The notes beneath the pieces are model-generated. The model was not told the DNA's origin, did not search any database, and was given only the letters and a program-made list of their open reading frames with translations. Source: Lingula anatina (lineage: Eukaryota > Animalia > Brachiopoda). From it: a DNA stretch of 64,000 nucleotides. The position numbers and the translations under genes were made by a program. Location of the stretch: assembly GCA_051362555.1 (NCBI GenBank), contig CM120640.1, forward strand, positions 37,591,967 to 37,655,966, read 5' to 3'. Positions within the stretch are counted from its first letter, which is position 1; each line of letters opens with the position of its first letter. This document shows positions 30,213-42,990 of this stretch, one piece after another.

Positions 30213-32547
30213 CGTCCTATACTCTCCAGTTCACGATGGCACTCTGTAAGGCTCAGTGATAAAATCTGGCTTAATGAATACCTGTACTTGTGACAGGTGC
30301 ATGTCCGAGTAGAGGTCAACATACTGTGTCCCACGGGACGTTTTAGCGGTAGGCCCAATTGTGATCTTTGTTGATTAAAGTATTCATTTTTTTAAAATTA
30401 AAATCAGCTTAAGTAGCCTCGGATTCTAGGTGCACCATTAAATTTATCATTATAAGTTGCTATTTAAGAACAATAGTATTGCTAAAGACGTATTAAAAAA
30501 TTGCAATAACGTACCTCATTTAATTGGTCTCAAAATGATAGATTACGCTATTTTGAATGTCAAAGCCTCGTCCTACCTGTAGCTCGTGTGTAATATTAAA
30601 TGTGAATCCGCAACATGGAATTGTCGTTTTATATACCCAGAAACTTTCTGCAAGGCACTTGTTAAAAGTAAAGCTATAGGATATCCGCAAGCATACAGGG
30701 GTAGGTCCTTCTACTCCGGAACACAATATTTGTGGATATTGTTTAGGTGTAGACCTATGGTCTGAAGAGTGGATTAGGTCAAGAGTTGACTTGGAAAGCA
30801 GAGGCACCATACGTTTTTTTAATCTTCATCGTCAATGAAAATCGCACAAGAACAAAAAGCTGCCATTGTGCGTGTTACATACATAACCCCGTATCGCAAT
30901 TGCCAAAGTATGGTTTGAACCATGTTGGCACAACTATCGCATTCTTGAACAATCTGCTGCACCTCGCTCATATTAAATTGATAAAGTAATCAAATTTATT
31001 TTTCACCGAGATGGGTCATATCAGAAGAAAGCAAACCAAACAAACGCTTCATTGTATTGCTGCAAAATGTGGTCTTGCTGTCAATGAGATAAAAACATTA
31101 TTTCTCTTTGATTTTATGCTCGCAAGTAAAAGAGTGTCAGCTGATTTTTTGATTAATATCTTTAAATATATTAATGTTTGCTAGAATGTGGGGGAAAAAA
31201 ACAAAAAAAGTGTAGACATGCGGTCAGTTTGCAATGATCATTTGCACACACATAAGCACACTGACTCATTCACTAAAACGCAACAGATTAAGAATAGTGT
31301 TTGTTAATTCACACAGCACCAGAGCAGAAAATACTTGTCAAGCCAAAAGATTAATATACTGGAATTCATGGGTCCATCCCAAACTCTCGGTCACCCCATG
31401 ATTATATTACTAAAGGATTGTGTGGCTCTTGTTCTAATTCTATAGATGAAGCTAGGTGTAATTTTCTTTTGAGAGTGCCTTCTTTCTTTTGTTATCGAAA
31501 TACACAGGTAGTCAGAAAATGCCATATCAAAATGCCGCTTGTGAAACTCAAACCTATTTGAATAAAGCCCAATGTCAATATTGAATGAAATATATAAGGT
31601 TTATCGGATAAGTGTCCTCCTTTAGTTGATATGTCAAGAAGTCAAGCGCGGCTCAAGCCTGGGCTTTAAGAAACAAAAACACGGCGGGCTAGTAGACTGG
31701 GGAACGTCATTGATCAATTTCAAGGTATGGTCTTCCAGTCCTGTCACTTCTGGGGTAGTCATAGGAAAAATCATTACAGGTATGCGTCTTATCCTAAGCA
31801 GGCACTAGACATTTACAACTTTCCCAAAGATTCCTTAGATACCTTGGTAAGCAGGAAAATGCGAGTGTGACTTTTGTTATATGTCACTGGGGGATCCAGA
31901 TTCAATGGCCGCTGAAATGAAAGAGACGTCAGTCTATAGTCAAACGAAAGAACTTTTTCAAATCTTACACTTACCGGTACTTTTGAATCTATTGTAGAGA
32001 ATTGAAAACCTAAGATTTTTTAAAGTTTTGTGCTATCATAAAGATTAACCGATTATTAAAATATGTATTTATTTGAACCGCTGACGTACAATTTGAAAAT
32101 TCTACACAAAATTTGATCCTGGTTTTTAATTTGACAGGTTTGTGAGACAGATGACTCAAGAATGAAATGCTAAATCGAACTCGGTGAGAAAGCAAGGGTC
32201 CTTTCAATAAGAAATAAAGTGGCCCGCTGAAGAGTATCACTTTTTCTGATTTCAACTAAGGGGTATTTCATGTTCACGTAGGGGATATCGATTTTTCATG
32301 GGCGCCATTGGTTTTTATAAAACCTTACGTAGTAGTGATTTCTTTATTTGAAACCCCATGCTTGAAGCGAATTCTGTTTCATTCAAAGGTTGATGTTTAA
32401 GAAAAACCATGCCGCTGTATTTGTACATACATTTGGCAAACACAGCTATGACCAAAGGACCGTCGCGATTGTTTATAAAATTTTGCCATAACGGACAGCC
32501 AAAATTACGTAATTGGCAGGGCTTCAACCTGATAGTGTACAATTCTA

Positions 32548-32779
32548 GGCTTCGTTCACATGAAAAATCTAATTTCTAAAAATCTATTTTCTATTCGCGG
32601 TATCTTGTGATCACGGTTTGTGCCCTGAATACCCAGCGGCGTAATTACTGGCAGCGCGAGCCAGTTACTTCCAAAGCTGTAATTAATTCTCGGCTGCGCT
32701 CGCAAGATACGAGTGATCACAAGATACCGCGAATAGAAAATAGATTTTTAGAAAATAGATTTTTCATGTGAACGGAGTC
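32548..32779. mobile_element. PIF/Harbinger (Tourist)-like MITE, 232 bp
   Basis: Near-perfect terminal inverted repeats of about 67 bp (GGCTTCGTTCACATGAAAAATCT...GGTATCTTGTGATCAC and GTGATCACAAGATACC...AGATTTTTCATGTGAACGGAGTC), flanked by CTA and TTA as a TWA-like 3-bp target-site duplication. No ORF. Confidence 0.85.
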
Positions 32780-34078
32780 TTACTTATCATGGTTGAAAAA
32801 AAAAAGCTTTTTGCTAGTCATTGATTTAATATCATAACCATGTTGAACATTAAGGACGTATTGTAAATTACACCACTGCAAAGCCTAATATATCACTATT
32901 GTGGGTGCGCCGCGTAAGTGCGATGTTATGCTCAGTCGGTACAAACATCACGGATATCAGACATTGCTATATTGATATTAAAGATAAAGACCGTTGCGTC
33001 ATTTTTTTCCATTTTTTTTTTCATATCTGACGCCCATGAAAAAAGACTATCCATCAGCTCGCAGTGAAGGTCATATAAGGCAAAGCTTCAAACATGCGTT
33101 GAATTTCTTTTGTTGCCCCCTAAGTTCCATTCCCTCAACCTAAAAATAGTCTCTTAAATCAGAGCCGTGAGCCTCACACTCTACTATTTAAAAAGGATCA
33201 CTTGATTTATTCGACCTAAAATTAAACCGGTGCTTAGTCAGGAAAGCCATCGCTTAATGCTGCTTAGAAACGGTGTCAAATTTCGAACTAATAAATGTAA
33301 ACATTATCTTTTCAAAGAAAAGCAGGGATTTAAAACAGCAAAATTAAACGAGAAGCGAGATAAATTTCAAAAACAAAAAGCATCATTGTTAATCACCAAC
33401 CATCATTGTTAAGGTCTCATTTCATAACTATCGACTTTACTCCTACCTCTGACCAATGATGTCAAACTACACATTAAGAAAAAGAAAGAAAGGAAAGAAA
33501 GAAAAAACTCGTCAAGTTGACTAATCACTGTGGTTTACTACCACAGCAAAAGTCGTCGTTGTTGGAGTGACGAATGTTGACTTTTGACCCAAGGCGTCGT
33601 ATTATGGTTGCGCGAATCACAGCTGAGAATATTGGGCTGAGTACAATACGCTAAGTATCCTCCTCTGTCAGTGTCACTTTAGCGGATCTGCGAGTTCAGA
33701 TATCTTCAGAGAAACAGGTGGCCTACACATTGACCCTAGACACAGTGGCTCGGTTGATGCACTAAAACAAACTGCAGAGAGCTTAATAACCAGGTAAATG
33801 TTTAAATCTGCTTGTAGCAGGCGTATATTGTGACGGCTGGAATTACGGAGTAAGTAGGTCAGCAATTTGGCCTTGAAAGTATACTAAAAATTTAAGCAAA
33901 AAGAAGTCTTACTTTGGTCTTAATTTAGGGTCTTGTAAAAATGTTTGTCGCTTGTTATCCTCTCAATTGTTTTGTGTAGATAAGGCGCTGCTTTATATAT
34001 TTTCTATTTTTTTTCTGTTATAAGAGGATTAGAGAACAAAGCTTTCTTGTCTCTATGATGTGCATCACTGTTCACTCG

Positions 34079-34244
34079 GTTGCTAAGGACGCTGTTGTTT
34101 ACATGTTAACGTATCTAGACAGGGAATCGAGATAAGAATTTAAGTGGGATGTTTATGATCCGTCGATAGCGGAGAGCTCCAAGTTATTGGATTTAAGATT
34201 ACCTTCTTCGTTTATTTCAATGGTTCGTTACGTAAATCCCAGAG
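34079..34244 (+). promoter_or_regulatory. Putative ciliary-gene promoter (RFX X-box-like plus forkhead site) and non-coding first exon of the Tctex1-domain gene
   Basis: GTTGCTAAGGAC (34079-34090) next to TGTTTAC (34096-34102); donor GAG|GTATTT after 34244; strong acceptor T10-AG at 36161-36172 upstream of the CDS. Confidence 0.4.
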
Positions 34245-34928
34245 GTATTTTTTCCTGCATTTAACAGTGAGATTTCCTGGATCATATTGGCTTAACTTCT
34301 GTTACTGCTAGGTTAATGGTCTGTAAACGGTGTTTGAAAAAGGTTTGACGAACACGGCATTTTGCCATAAGCAAAAACATACATGATGCACTTTCTATAG
34401 ACTGATCGTTTTGTATATGTATGCTAGTCTGTTTGGCTGATGTGTTTAGTCTTCGTTCTGCCAAGTTGCGGCGTCGTACAAAATGCTTGAGAAAAAAATA
34501 AATGCATTTTGAATAATGGACTATTTAGGAGCAATTAGAGCCATGATCAGCCAAGCGTGAATAGTGTCGGTAACCATAGTGATATACAAACAGTGGGGCA
34601 CCGGTCATAACATAGGGCGTACGTCAGAGCCTTTGCACGTACACGTTATATTCAATGCTAGCATTTCCCAGTCGACTACCGACACTGAGTTGAATGAATG
34701 ATATGACGGGGAAAAAGTAGTATTTTATTGTCCGACCAGAAAGTGGACGTTATCAGTTTATTACTGTTATATAAGGGATCAGGAAAGGCTCAGTTATCGC
34801 ACTGTCGCCAAGGAGGCCGTTCAGGTAATGCATAACTTCGTATGATGACACAATTATTATCACAATGTTATGCTGCATGCAGAAGGGATAATTTCCCAAT
34901 TAATTGATAAAAAGGAAATCATGCAATA

Positions 34929-34963
34929 CTCTCTCTCTCTCTCTCTCCCTCTCTCTCTCTCTC
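34929..34963. repeat. (CT)n microsatellite
   Basis: Seen directly. Confidence 0.9.
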
Positions 34964-36410
34964 ATGCCGTGAAAGTTGATGCGACGTTTCAAAATGCTTT
35001 TAGGTGCTGCCGGAATCGTCGATCTTCCGACTCTCTTTTGCGGGAGGCTGTATTTCAAGAATAATGTCAGATTTTGATATTTGATCTTTTAATTGCTTAT
35101 GGAAATAAGGCACCGACATACAGAATCATCGCGTAACGCTGTGTTTATCAGAATATCCAACATTTTTCATTACTAGTTCATAATCCCGGTGATATTTCAC
35201 GTTGTGAATCGTTAAAATGCTGATGTGCAACAGTGCTCATTTCATTTTAACGATACAGTTTGTAGGACAGCAAGACAAAAATTCAGGTCAAGTTACACTT
35301 CACCTGGTTGCGAACTACTTTCCAGTGACAGTCAAGCTGCGTAGGCATTCACGCCAAGTTCTTTTAAACCGAACATGGTCCTGAAACGCCTCACCAATCA
35401 TTTAAAATTGCAGGGTTGTTCGAGGTACGTGTTAGTGGCAAGACTTATGGAGCATGCAGTACACGTGTAGTTGTTTCACGAAAGAATTGAAGCTCCAAAA
35501 ACTGGCCTTAATATTAACGTCATTCCAAGAAACCGAGTAAATCCATAGTGGCTCGTGAATAAGCAGTGGCCTAAAACATTACCCATGTCTTTCTTTTGGT
35601 ACTGTACGAAAGGCGCGGAATTTCAGTAGACATCGGATCACAACTGACTTATATGTATTTTGGGTCAAAGTAAACTAACATTTGAGCATAAATCCTCAGA
35701 CTCGTATTCGGACTGAGGGTTTTTTCGGTCCTTTTTTGAAACAGGATCTCGAAAATTTTCATTCTAAAACTGATTTTTTTCCTTCAATTTCGAGGCCTGT
35801 TATTAAATAAATTCAGATACTGTACTGATATTTGTCAGCCGATTTGTTGCTTTTTTACTGGGTGCTATCAGGCACTTTTGTGATTTTTCCTTAGACTCTA
35901 AAAATATCATTTTCATAATGAAACTTAACATTTCTAAAGCACCTGTTTTCACTCCATAGCACCTGTTATTATCAACTTTTTGCGTTTCTGTAGCTGTTGC
36001 TATGTGAAATTTGCTAATGAATGCGTTCTCACAGACTTAATGGGTCGTTGATTCATAATGTGCATTCGCTCCTTCTGATCGTGCTTCGAATGTGTTTAGA
36101 GAGATAGGGTTTCTGGATTTTACAAATTGCCTCACTGGATTAAAAAACGAACTCTTGTCCTTTTTTTTTTAGAAAACTGCAAGACCAAAGGTTCGCCACA
36201 GTATTTCCGTTGCATGTAGAGCGCCTCAACTTCAGTGAGTCACCGAAATCCAAAGAATATAAGAAATTTGTCCCACAATCAATCAGGACATTGGGACTTT
36301 GACGCTTCGTCACGGATCGAAGGATGTTATGACAACGGCGGAGTGTAGATGAACGTTTTGTGCTGTTATTGTGTTAAGCATATATCTGATATATTAACAA
36401 ACTTGATAAG

Positions 36411-37043
36411 ATGTCGGAATATAGTCGACTGACAGTGGAGAACTTGGCTAAAATAGACACTGTGCCGAGTCAGACTCACGGACGAAGGCAGTCCGTGGTG
36501 ACGTCGACGTCCCACCAGAGCTCCGAGCTTATGCAGTTACGAAGAGCGTCGCGTTTTGACGGGTCGGGGCCACAGCCTGGGGGGAGGCGGCTGTCCACGT
36601 TGTCAAGGGGGAGCTTAGCGGGGATCCATATGATGCACCGGGCCAGCCGTGGGGACGCTCTCCTCGCTGCGCGCTTGCCTAAAAATTTCCAAAACACGTA
36701 CAAAATGACACCAGATCCTGGGGAGCGATTTAACGCCTCGCGGGTCGAGAAATCTATTAGCTCTTTACTGGCCTCCTATCTAGAGGGCGTCCAGTACAAC
36801 CCTATAACGTGCGCACAGCTTTCGCAGACTTTGACAGAGGCTGTGAAAGGTAGAGTGAAGGATATGAACTTTCCACGGTACAAGTTTGTGTGTAGTGTGA
36901 TCGTCGGGCAGAATACAGGACAAGGACTATATGTGGCAAGTAGAAGCATATGGGATGCGGGCACAGACAACTACGCCACTGCGGCGTACTCAAATGCTAC
37001 GCTATTTGCAGTAGCAATGGTCTTTGCTACCTACTTTGAGTAA
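36411..37043 (+). CDS. Tctex1 domain-containing dynein light chain (TCTEX1D1/DYNLT5-like), 210 aa
   Basis: Ser/Arg-rich N-terminus followed by the Tctex-1 domain: NTYKMTP...F...YLEGVQY...VKGRVKDMNFPRYKFVCSVIVGQNTGQGLYVASRSIWDAGTDNYATAAYSNATLFAVAMVFATYFE. The exact paralogue cannot be resolved by eye. Confidence 0.92.
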   Translation: MSEYSRLTVENLAKIDTVPSQTHGRRQSVVTSTSHQSSELMQLRRASRFDGSGPQPGGRRLSTLSRGSLAGIHMMHRASRGDALLAARLPKNFQNTYKMTPDPGERFNASRVEKSISSLLASYLEGVQYNPITCAQLSQTLTEAVKGRVKDMNFPRYKFVCSVIVGQNTGQGLYVASRSIWDAGTDNYATAAYSNATLFAVAMVFATYFE

Positions 37044-39342
37044 AGGAGTCATCCTGGACCGCTCTAACCACAAGGATTCCTGTAGTTGAATACATCATTA
37101 TTACTATTATAATTCACATTATCATTAATACTATTATCATCATTTTGTTTTTATTTTTGTGTTGAAATTACTTGGTTGTGACATAGGTCAATTATAAGAT
37201 GATTTCTATTACATGGCAGTCAATCCATACTATCCGAGCTTGAATTATTCCCCGTATTGTGCTAATTGTGCGGAGAAGGATCAACAAAAACAATTTGAAC
37301 GTTCGCTGAGAAAGGGATATCGGACTCAAAGTTTGGCACTTTGTTGATGATTGATCTATATTGTACTGCCGAGTTAACAACTCTGCTAATTGCAAAAAGA
37401 TAAAGTTTATCAATAACAAACTCTGTCATTAGAAAGAGAATACGTACAGGGCTATTATTTCATATTTAAGTGAATCATCCTTTATTATTTTTATTCTTCG
37501 TACAAATCAAAATTGGAAAAAAAAGTTGAATGAGCTTTACATTTCAATTGGTGTTAAGAAATATATTGTATATAGTAATATCAAGTAAAACAATACTGAT
37601 AATATACTGTATTATGCCAACCTCTCCTTTCTTTCTCTTTCCGTTTTAGCAAACAATCGATCGTGTTTATATTGTTTGTTCTTTTTCCAATTAGCAAAAT
37701 GAGACTTCATTTAGGGAAAAGGTTATTTCTTTTTTAAAGTAGCCATAATTCTAAAATTGAATGGCGTCAAAATTTGCGTCAGAAGCGGATTTTTGTTTGC
37801 GAATCTCGCATTTGCATTTAACTGCTCGTCTTTGCATTCGGAATAGGGAGCAATAAGAAGTTGGAAACAGTCGGTGATTTTTGTCAAGAAACACTTACAT
37901 ATAAATGAAAACCCCATGCATTTGGCATAGAGACAGCGGTCTTTACTTGTTAATTAAAATTTCTGAAGTTTTCTGGTATTCAATAAAACGCACACAGGGG
38001 TTGCTGCTCTCTTGTTTCTTGGATCTGTTTCACAAAAATCGGTCTTAACTATGACTTTTTTTAAATTTAGCGACTATGCTGTTTCACAAAACAATTTTAA
38101 GGGTTTGTTTCCCTTTTTCAGTCGTAAATCTCAGTTCTGAGATAAAATTCGAGTTGTCTTGATCTCGGTATTTACTCATAGTATTTACTCAAAAGTAATT
38201 GAAGGTCAATAATTCGGAAAACACTCTTAGACTACTGTAATATTGGAAAATGGAAGTTGTATAACTACAGGTCCACTTTCTAAGTCAAGCCCAAAACTTT
38301 TAAAAGTCCTTTTGTAAAAATTGACTCTGCTATCCCGGGCGTCAAGACCGAATGACGTCAGAGAAAATTAAGTGCAACAAAGTAATCAATTCTGGCAGTT
38401 AGAGACTCTAAATTGTTATATTCAATATAATATTTACGCTTTGATCGTTATTCATTGCCTAGTGTTTCGTTGCCAAATAAAAGATACACCTAAGAGCAAA
38501 CCAGTTTGACTTTTTTCTTCTCGATTAGAATGCGGAGTGTATAAGGCGAGGCATATAAAAAGAGCAAATTATTCAAACACGTGGAAGAAGTTTCATTTAA
38601 GGAATTGTTCGGCATGTTTGCTTAGTCAGTACCGTAATGTTAAATAAGCTACCGTCACAATGGCGGCCTAATAGCAGCACTATCAAATACACGACTGAAT
38701 AAGCTCGGTGTTATTAAAAACAACCCATGAACGCTCTGTCGTTTCTTCCAGGTTATACCTCACTAAAAAGGTAAAAAGAGCAAGCAATAACGGCACAGCA
38801 CATCGCGTGGTGTGCTGAGGATTAATCCACAGGACCTTAATTGACGCCTCTGAATAATCGAGAATTGATTAACACCAAGAAATGACGCATTTGCAAAGTC
38901 CGATTCTTCACGATATAGTTCACGACATGGCAATTACGCCACTGCCACAATGGGCCTATTGATGTTGTAATTTTTCAGCTCTATCGCGCCCTTTGACTTG
39001 ATTTCTAAACAACTCCCGTTTGCTTAGCCCCTTTATTCAAGAATGCATTGTGGCTCCCTATACTCTCTTGGTTACACTGAGTTTATCATTAGGTGCAGTG
39101 GCTGGGTGAGTGAGAGAGAGAGAGAGAGAGAAAGATTAAAAGCTGGGTGAAGTGCCCAAGTGAGCGATTCGAGAAACATCGACTACTGGTAGCTTGAGCG
39201 TCGTAGACCTAAGGTAAGTGGTGTGCGTCCTCGATTCATCATATCTTCTTCTGCAGACGTCTCGTCCACTGTGCTCTTTTGGCAGGACGGTTTGTTTCTC
39301 CATTGCAAGGCCATTCAGTTAACCTAATATGCCATGTTCTCT

Positions 39343-39412
39343 AAAACGATGTCCAAACTCTGTCTGATGCATCTGAGACACGTTTTTTGAAACGATGTCC
39401 ATAATCTGTCTG
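39343..39412. repeat. Imperfect direct repeat with a period of about 47 bp
   Basis: AAACGATGTCCAAACTCTGTCTGA followed by AAACGATGTCCATAATCTGTCTGA. Confidence 0.7.
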
Positions 39413-42400
39413 ACACACATTGCATGTGCGCCCAATATTAATAAGCGAATTAATCTTTAGTGCGTCCATTTCTTTCGTTCAGAAACGACAAGGGCAGTAT
39501 ACGGATAATTAGTGTAGTACTGCACCTGTGTAACATTAGTATAAACTAATGGGATGTTGTACTACTGATTTCTACATGTCTCACAGGCCTTAATTGAAGA
39601 ACGATGAAGAAAATACTTGGAACTTTGCCAGTGAACATGTGCAAACCCCTAATTTTCTTTACAATACTTACACTAGTAATGCGCACATAGATATTGCTCA
39701 AACACGTGTATGATCGTTTATCAGATTTCAATTTCAGGAGTTGTTTTAGAGTTAAACAGATCAACCTGCCAAATACAAATGCCCAAAATCATAATTAACA
39801 CAAACCTTTGAAGACTAAAGTTTTAACATGCTTTTTTATGAAATGGAAGTATGTTGCGGCAGTTCTTGAATAACTCAGCTGCCCTCGACCTGGAATACGC
39901 CTTAATACCACAAGGTTTTCTAAAAATACATAAAATGTCAAACGTACATGTAGGTACGTCAGTGGTGGCAGTTATATACGTGTCCTTTAAATCACAGACA
40001 TCATTTGAACGCTACTTATACAAAACTGCCTACTAGAACAAATGAATGTGGGTTATTTATCGGTATTCAGACATGTTCGACATCTCTAATTCCTAACCCG
40101 AAGTCACGGAAGGAGTCTTATTTTTGCAATAAAAAAGGTGTCATGGATAGTGAAATACATGTAATGCCTGACCAACAAAGGAAATTGATAGGTAAAACGC
40201 ATCAAATAAAATATAAATGTGTTCTTATCAGCCTACAGCCAGTGCAACAGAAGACCATTTAAGCGAATGTGCACGATAACAGTTGTGTCGGGTTGTAGAG
40301 CAAAGAAAGCGAAAAGATGGGGAATGGCGTAGTTGTATTCAGTACCCTGAATTTCATAGTCCACTTGAGGCTCACATTTTCATCAGCATACCAGTACGGT
40401 TTTTATGACGAAGAGAGTATGCTGGTAAGAGGGACCTCACCGTCGATACTCTGAAACACAGGGTGTCATTGAGGTGCCAGAGGGGAGAACTTAGAGCTCT
40501 ACCTAGCTACTGTAATCAATGTCCCTATCTCTATGGCTTATCGCCTGTCACATTGACAACCCACATATGTATAAACTGCATTTTAATGTGGCCAGGTAAA
40601 CAAAACGACTCGGGATCAATAGCTATGTGTTTATTGTTCGATTTCTATGAATGATTTAAGGGCTAAAGAGAGCGTAGATTAAAATCAATTCCGTTTAATG
40701 TACCTCAGTATATTGCATATGCAAGGATTGCTGTATTTTCACTTTTATGACTAACCCGTTTCTGTGTCCGAGATTATCTTCAGACACGTTTCTGGTAAGT
40801 TGCCTCGTAGTTGAACTTTAAATGCAATGATCTCTCCCCCTATCGCGATATAATGTAAGTGTGATTCCATAGTGCAGAAGTAACTTTTTTCTACAGCTTT
40901 CATGGAGAGTGTTTACCTACGTAGCCATGATTAATGTTGACATTCTGTCTGACATGCAGATTTACTAAAACAACTCTTGGTGCGGCACAGTTGGAATAAA
41001 CAAAGCAGCCCCACCAAATGAATTTTAGATGGAGGGTGACTCCAAAAAACGAATTTAAATGTAGATACTTAAAGAGATAAAAACTAGTCTTCTAGGCAAA
41101 CGTTTGATCATCAAGTAATAAGGTTATTGTTCCCGTATATTTTTTATCATAAATTCGGACTTACACTGGATGAAAAACTTTACGCTATCAATATTGAATA
41201 TAAGTTACATCAAGCTATTTCCATTTTTTTCAGTTTTCAGTTAGCCCTTAGGATAAAAAGTGAAAATCTCGTCTGTTTGCAGTCCTAGAGAGTAACCCTT
41301 GGAGATACAGTAGAAATCTTTATGTAAAAAAGTTGTAATCCTTTCAAGAGTGGTTTTCTATTCTACTTCCAATCTTAATTCGCTCTAGTCTGTAGTAGAT
41401 TTCCCAAAAGCCAGCTACGGTATCCGAATCATACGCAAAAATACCAGCAATTATGCAATATGTTAATGAAAAGCTGGTATTTTATAGATATTTCGCCTCA
41501 ATGCAAAATGAGAGCTAGTTCTATGGACACGACAAGGCCGGTATTTAAAAGCCAGGGCTATCAGTACATGTAGTTGCACTGAACTAGAATATCTTTGTAA
41601 GCTCTAAATAAGATGCTATGTCTTTGTTGTTTCCCGGGTCATCAATTCTTTTCACCACACGATAAAATGTCCTGGGATTAGCGTGTAATATTTTGCACAC
41701 AATTATTCGGCTATGGTGCATAATTCCGAGAAACAGACAAGATAGTTCGTATTTACTTTATACATGGATTCACCGCAAGTGTTCCTTGATAATCAAGCAC
41801 GGATTTCCTAGATATAGTTATAACGGAAGGCACGCTTATTTGTCATAATCACGTACGTCTATTGTGGTCTTCTTAGTAAGCGTTTGATCAGAAAGTAATG
41901 AGACTATCGCTGTATATTGTTTTATCATAGATTCGGACTAAAAGCGACTAATCTTAGGGGCTAAACCACAAAAAAGTGGTGTGGATACAGTATTCTTCCG
42001 GCTCTATAATATTCTGAACTGCTCCCGTGAGACTCGAGTCTCGCCAACAAAGGTTTCGGTTAGAGAAAGGCTTTACTAAGCATGTTTTAGGTCGTAAATC
42101 CTCCGATTCTATTTTCAGATAACCTGTTCTTATGTTTCAAAGACCTGAATGTAATTTATGTAAATACTTAAAGCTGCACAGTAGGTTTAAGTAAGAGAAA
42201 AAGTGATATTTGTTGATGTGGAGTAAAGATATACAAAAGTGTATATTTTCCATTGGTAGGGTTTTTATGGGGGGGGGGGGGGGGGTAGCGTTAAGATAAA
42301 AGTTCCCTTGTATCCCAAGTTTCATAAGGACACGTATCTAAAATGCTGAGACTCATAATCAGCGAACTTAGTCCATTGTTTTATTGAACATTACCTGGGC

Positions 42401-42990
42401 GTTTGAGGACTTTTAACTTTTTAAAAGTAGTTGGAAAATGAAGCCATACAAATGATTTGACGAAATTTTCGGAGGTGGTTCTACACAAGAAACAAAGCTA
42501 ACTTTTATACAGGTAAAATCACATCATGGCAGAGTTCTCTGAAAACGAACCTTGTTTCACTGGCGACGTACTTTCTCATAAACCATCGGCAAATTACGGC
42601 CTACAGTATTTCACTCGGTTCTTCAAATAAAACACATGTCACTGCCTCGTGGGAGTTGTTGATGGTGTAATATCTCTACGGCTACAATGCATCTGCAATA
42701 TCCGTTATCACTGATTATTTATTTAGAGAATGAGGCAAAAGAACGAGGAAAAATGGAATAACAGGCAATTGATTGTGCAGTCTAAATGTATCGAATTGCG
42801 GCACACCAATAGCCAGAGCGAGCAGCACTTTTCATTGCAATTTATCAGTGTCCTTGAGCCCCGGTGTGCATTCGTATTTATAATTTGTCCACTTCGTGTG
42901 CTAAATGAAATCAAAGCAAATTACATGTACCTTGACAATTTCGTTTATTATGTCATTTATTTCTATGTTATTTCCACTTCCAGACGAGTC

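Noticed and set aside
35691-35725. Hairpin plus T-run resembling a rho-independent terminator
   Set aside because: It lies in eukaryotic, probably intronic, DNA with no upstream prokaryotic gene; most likely chance.
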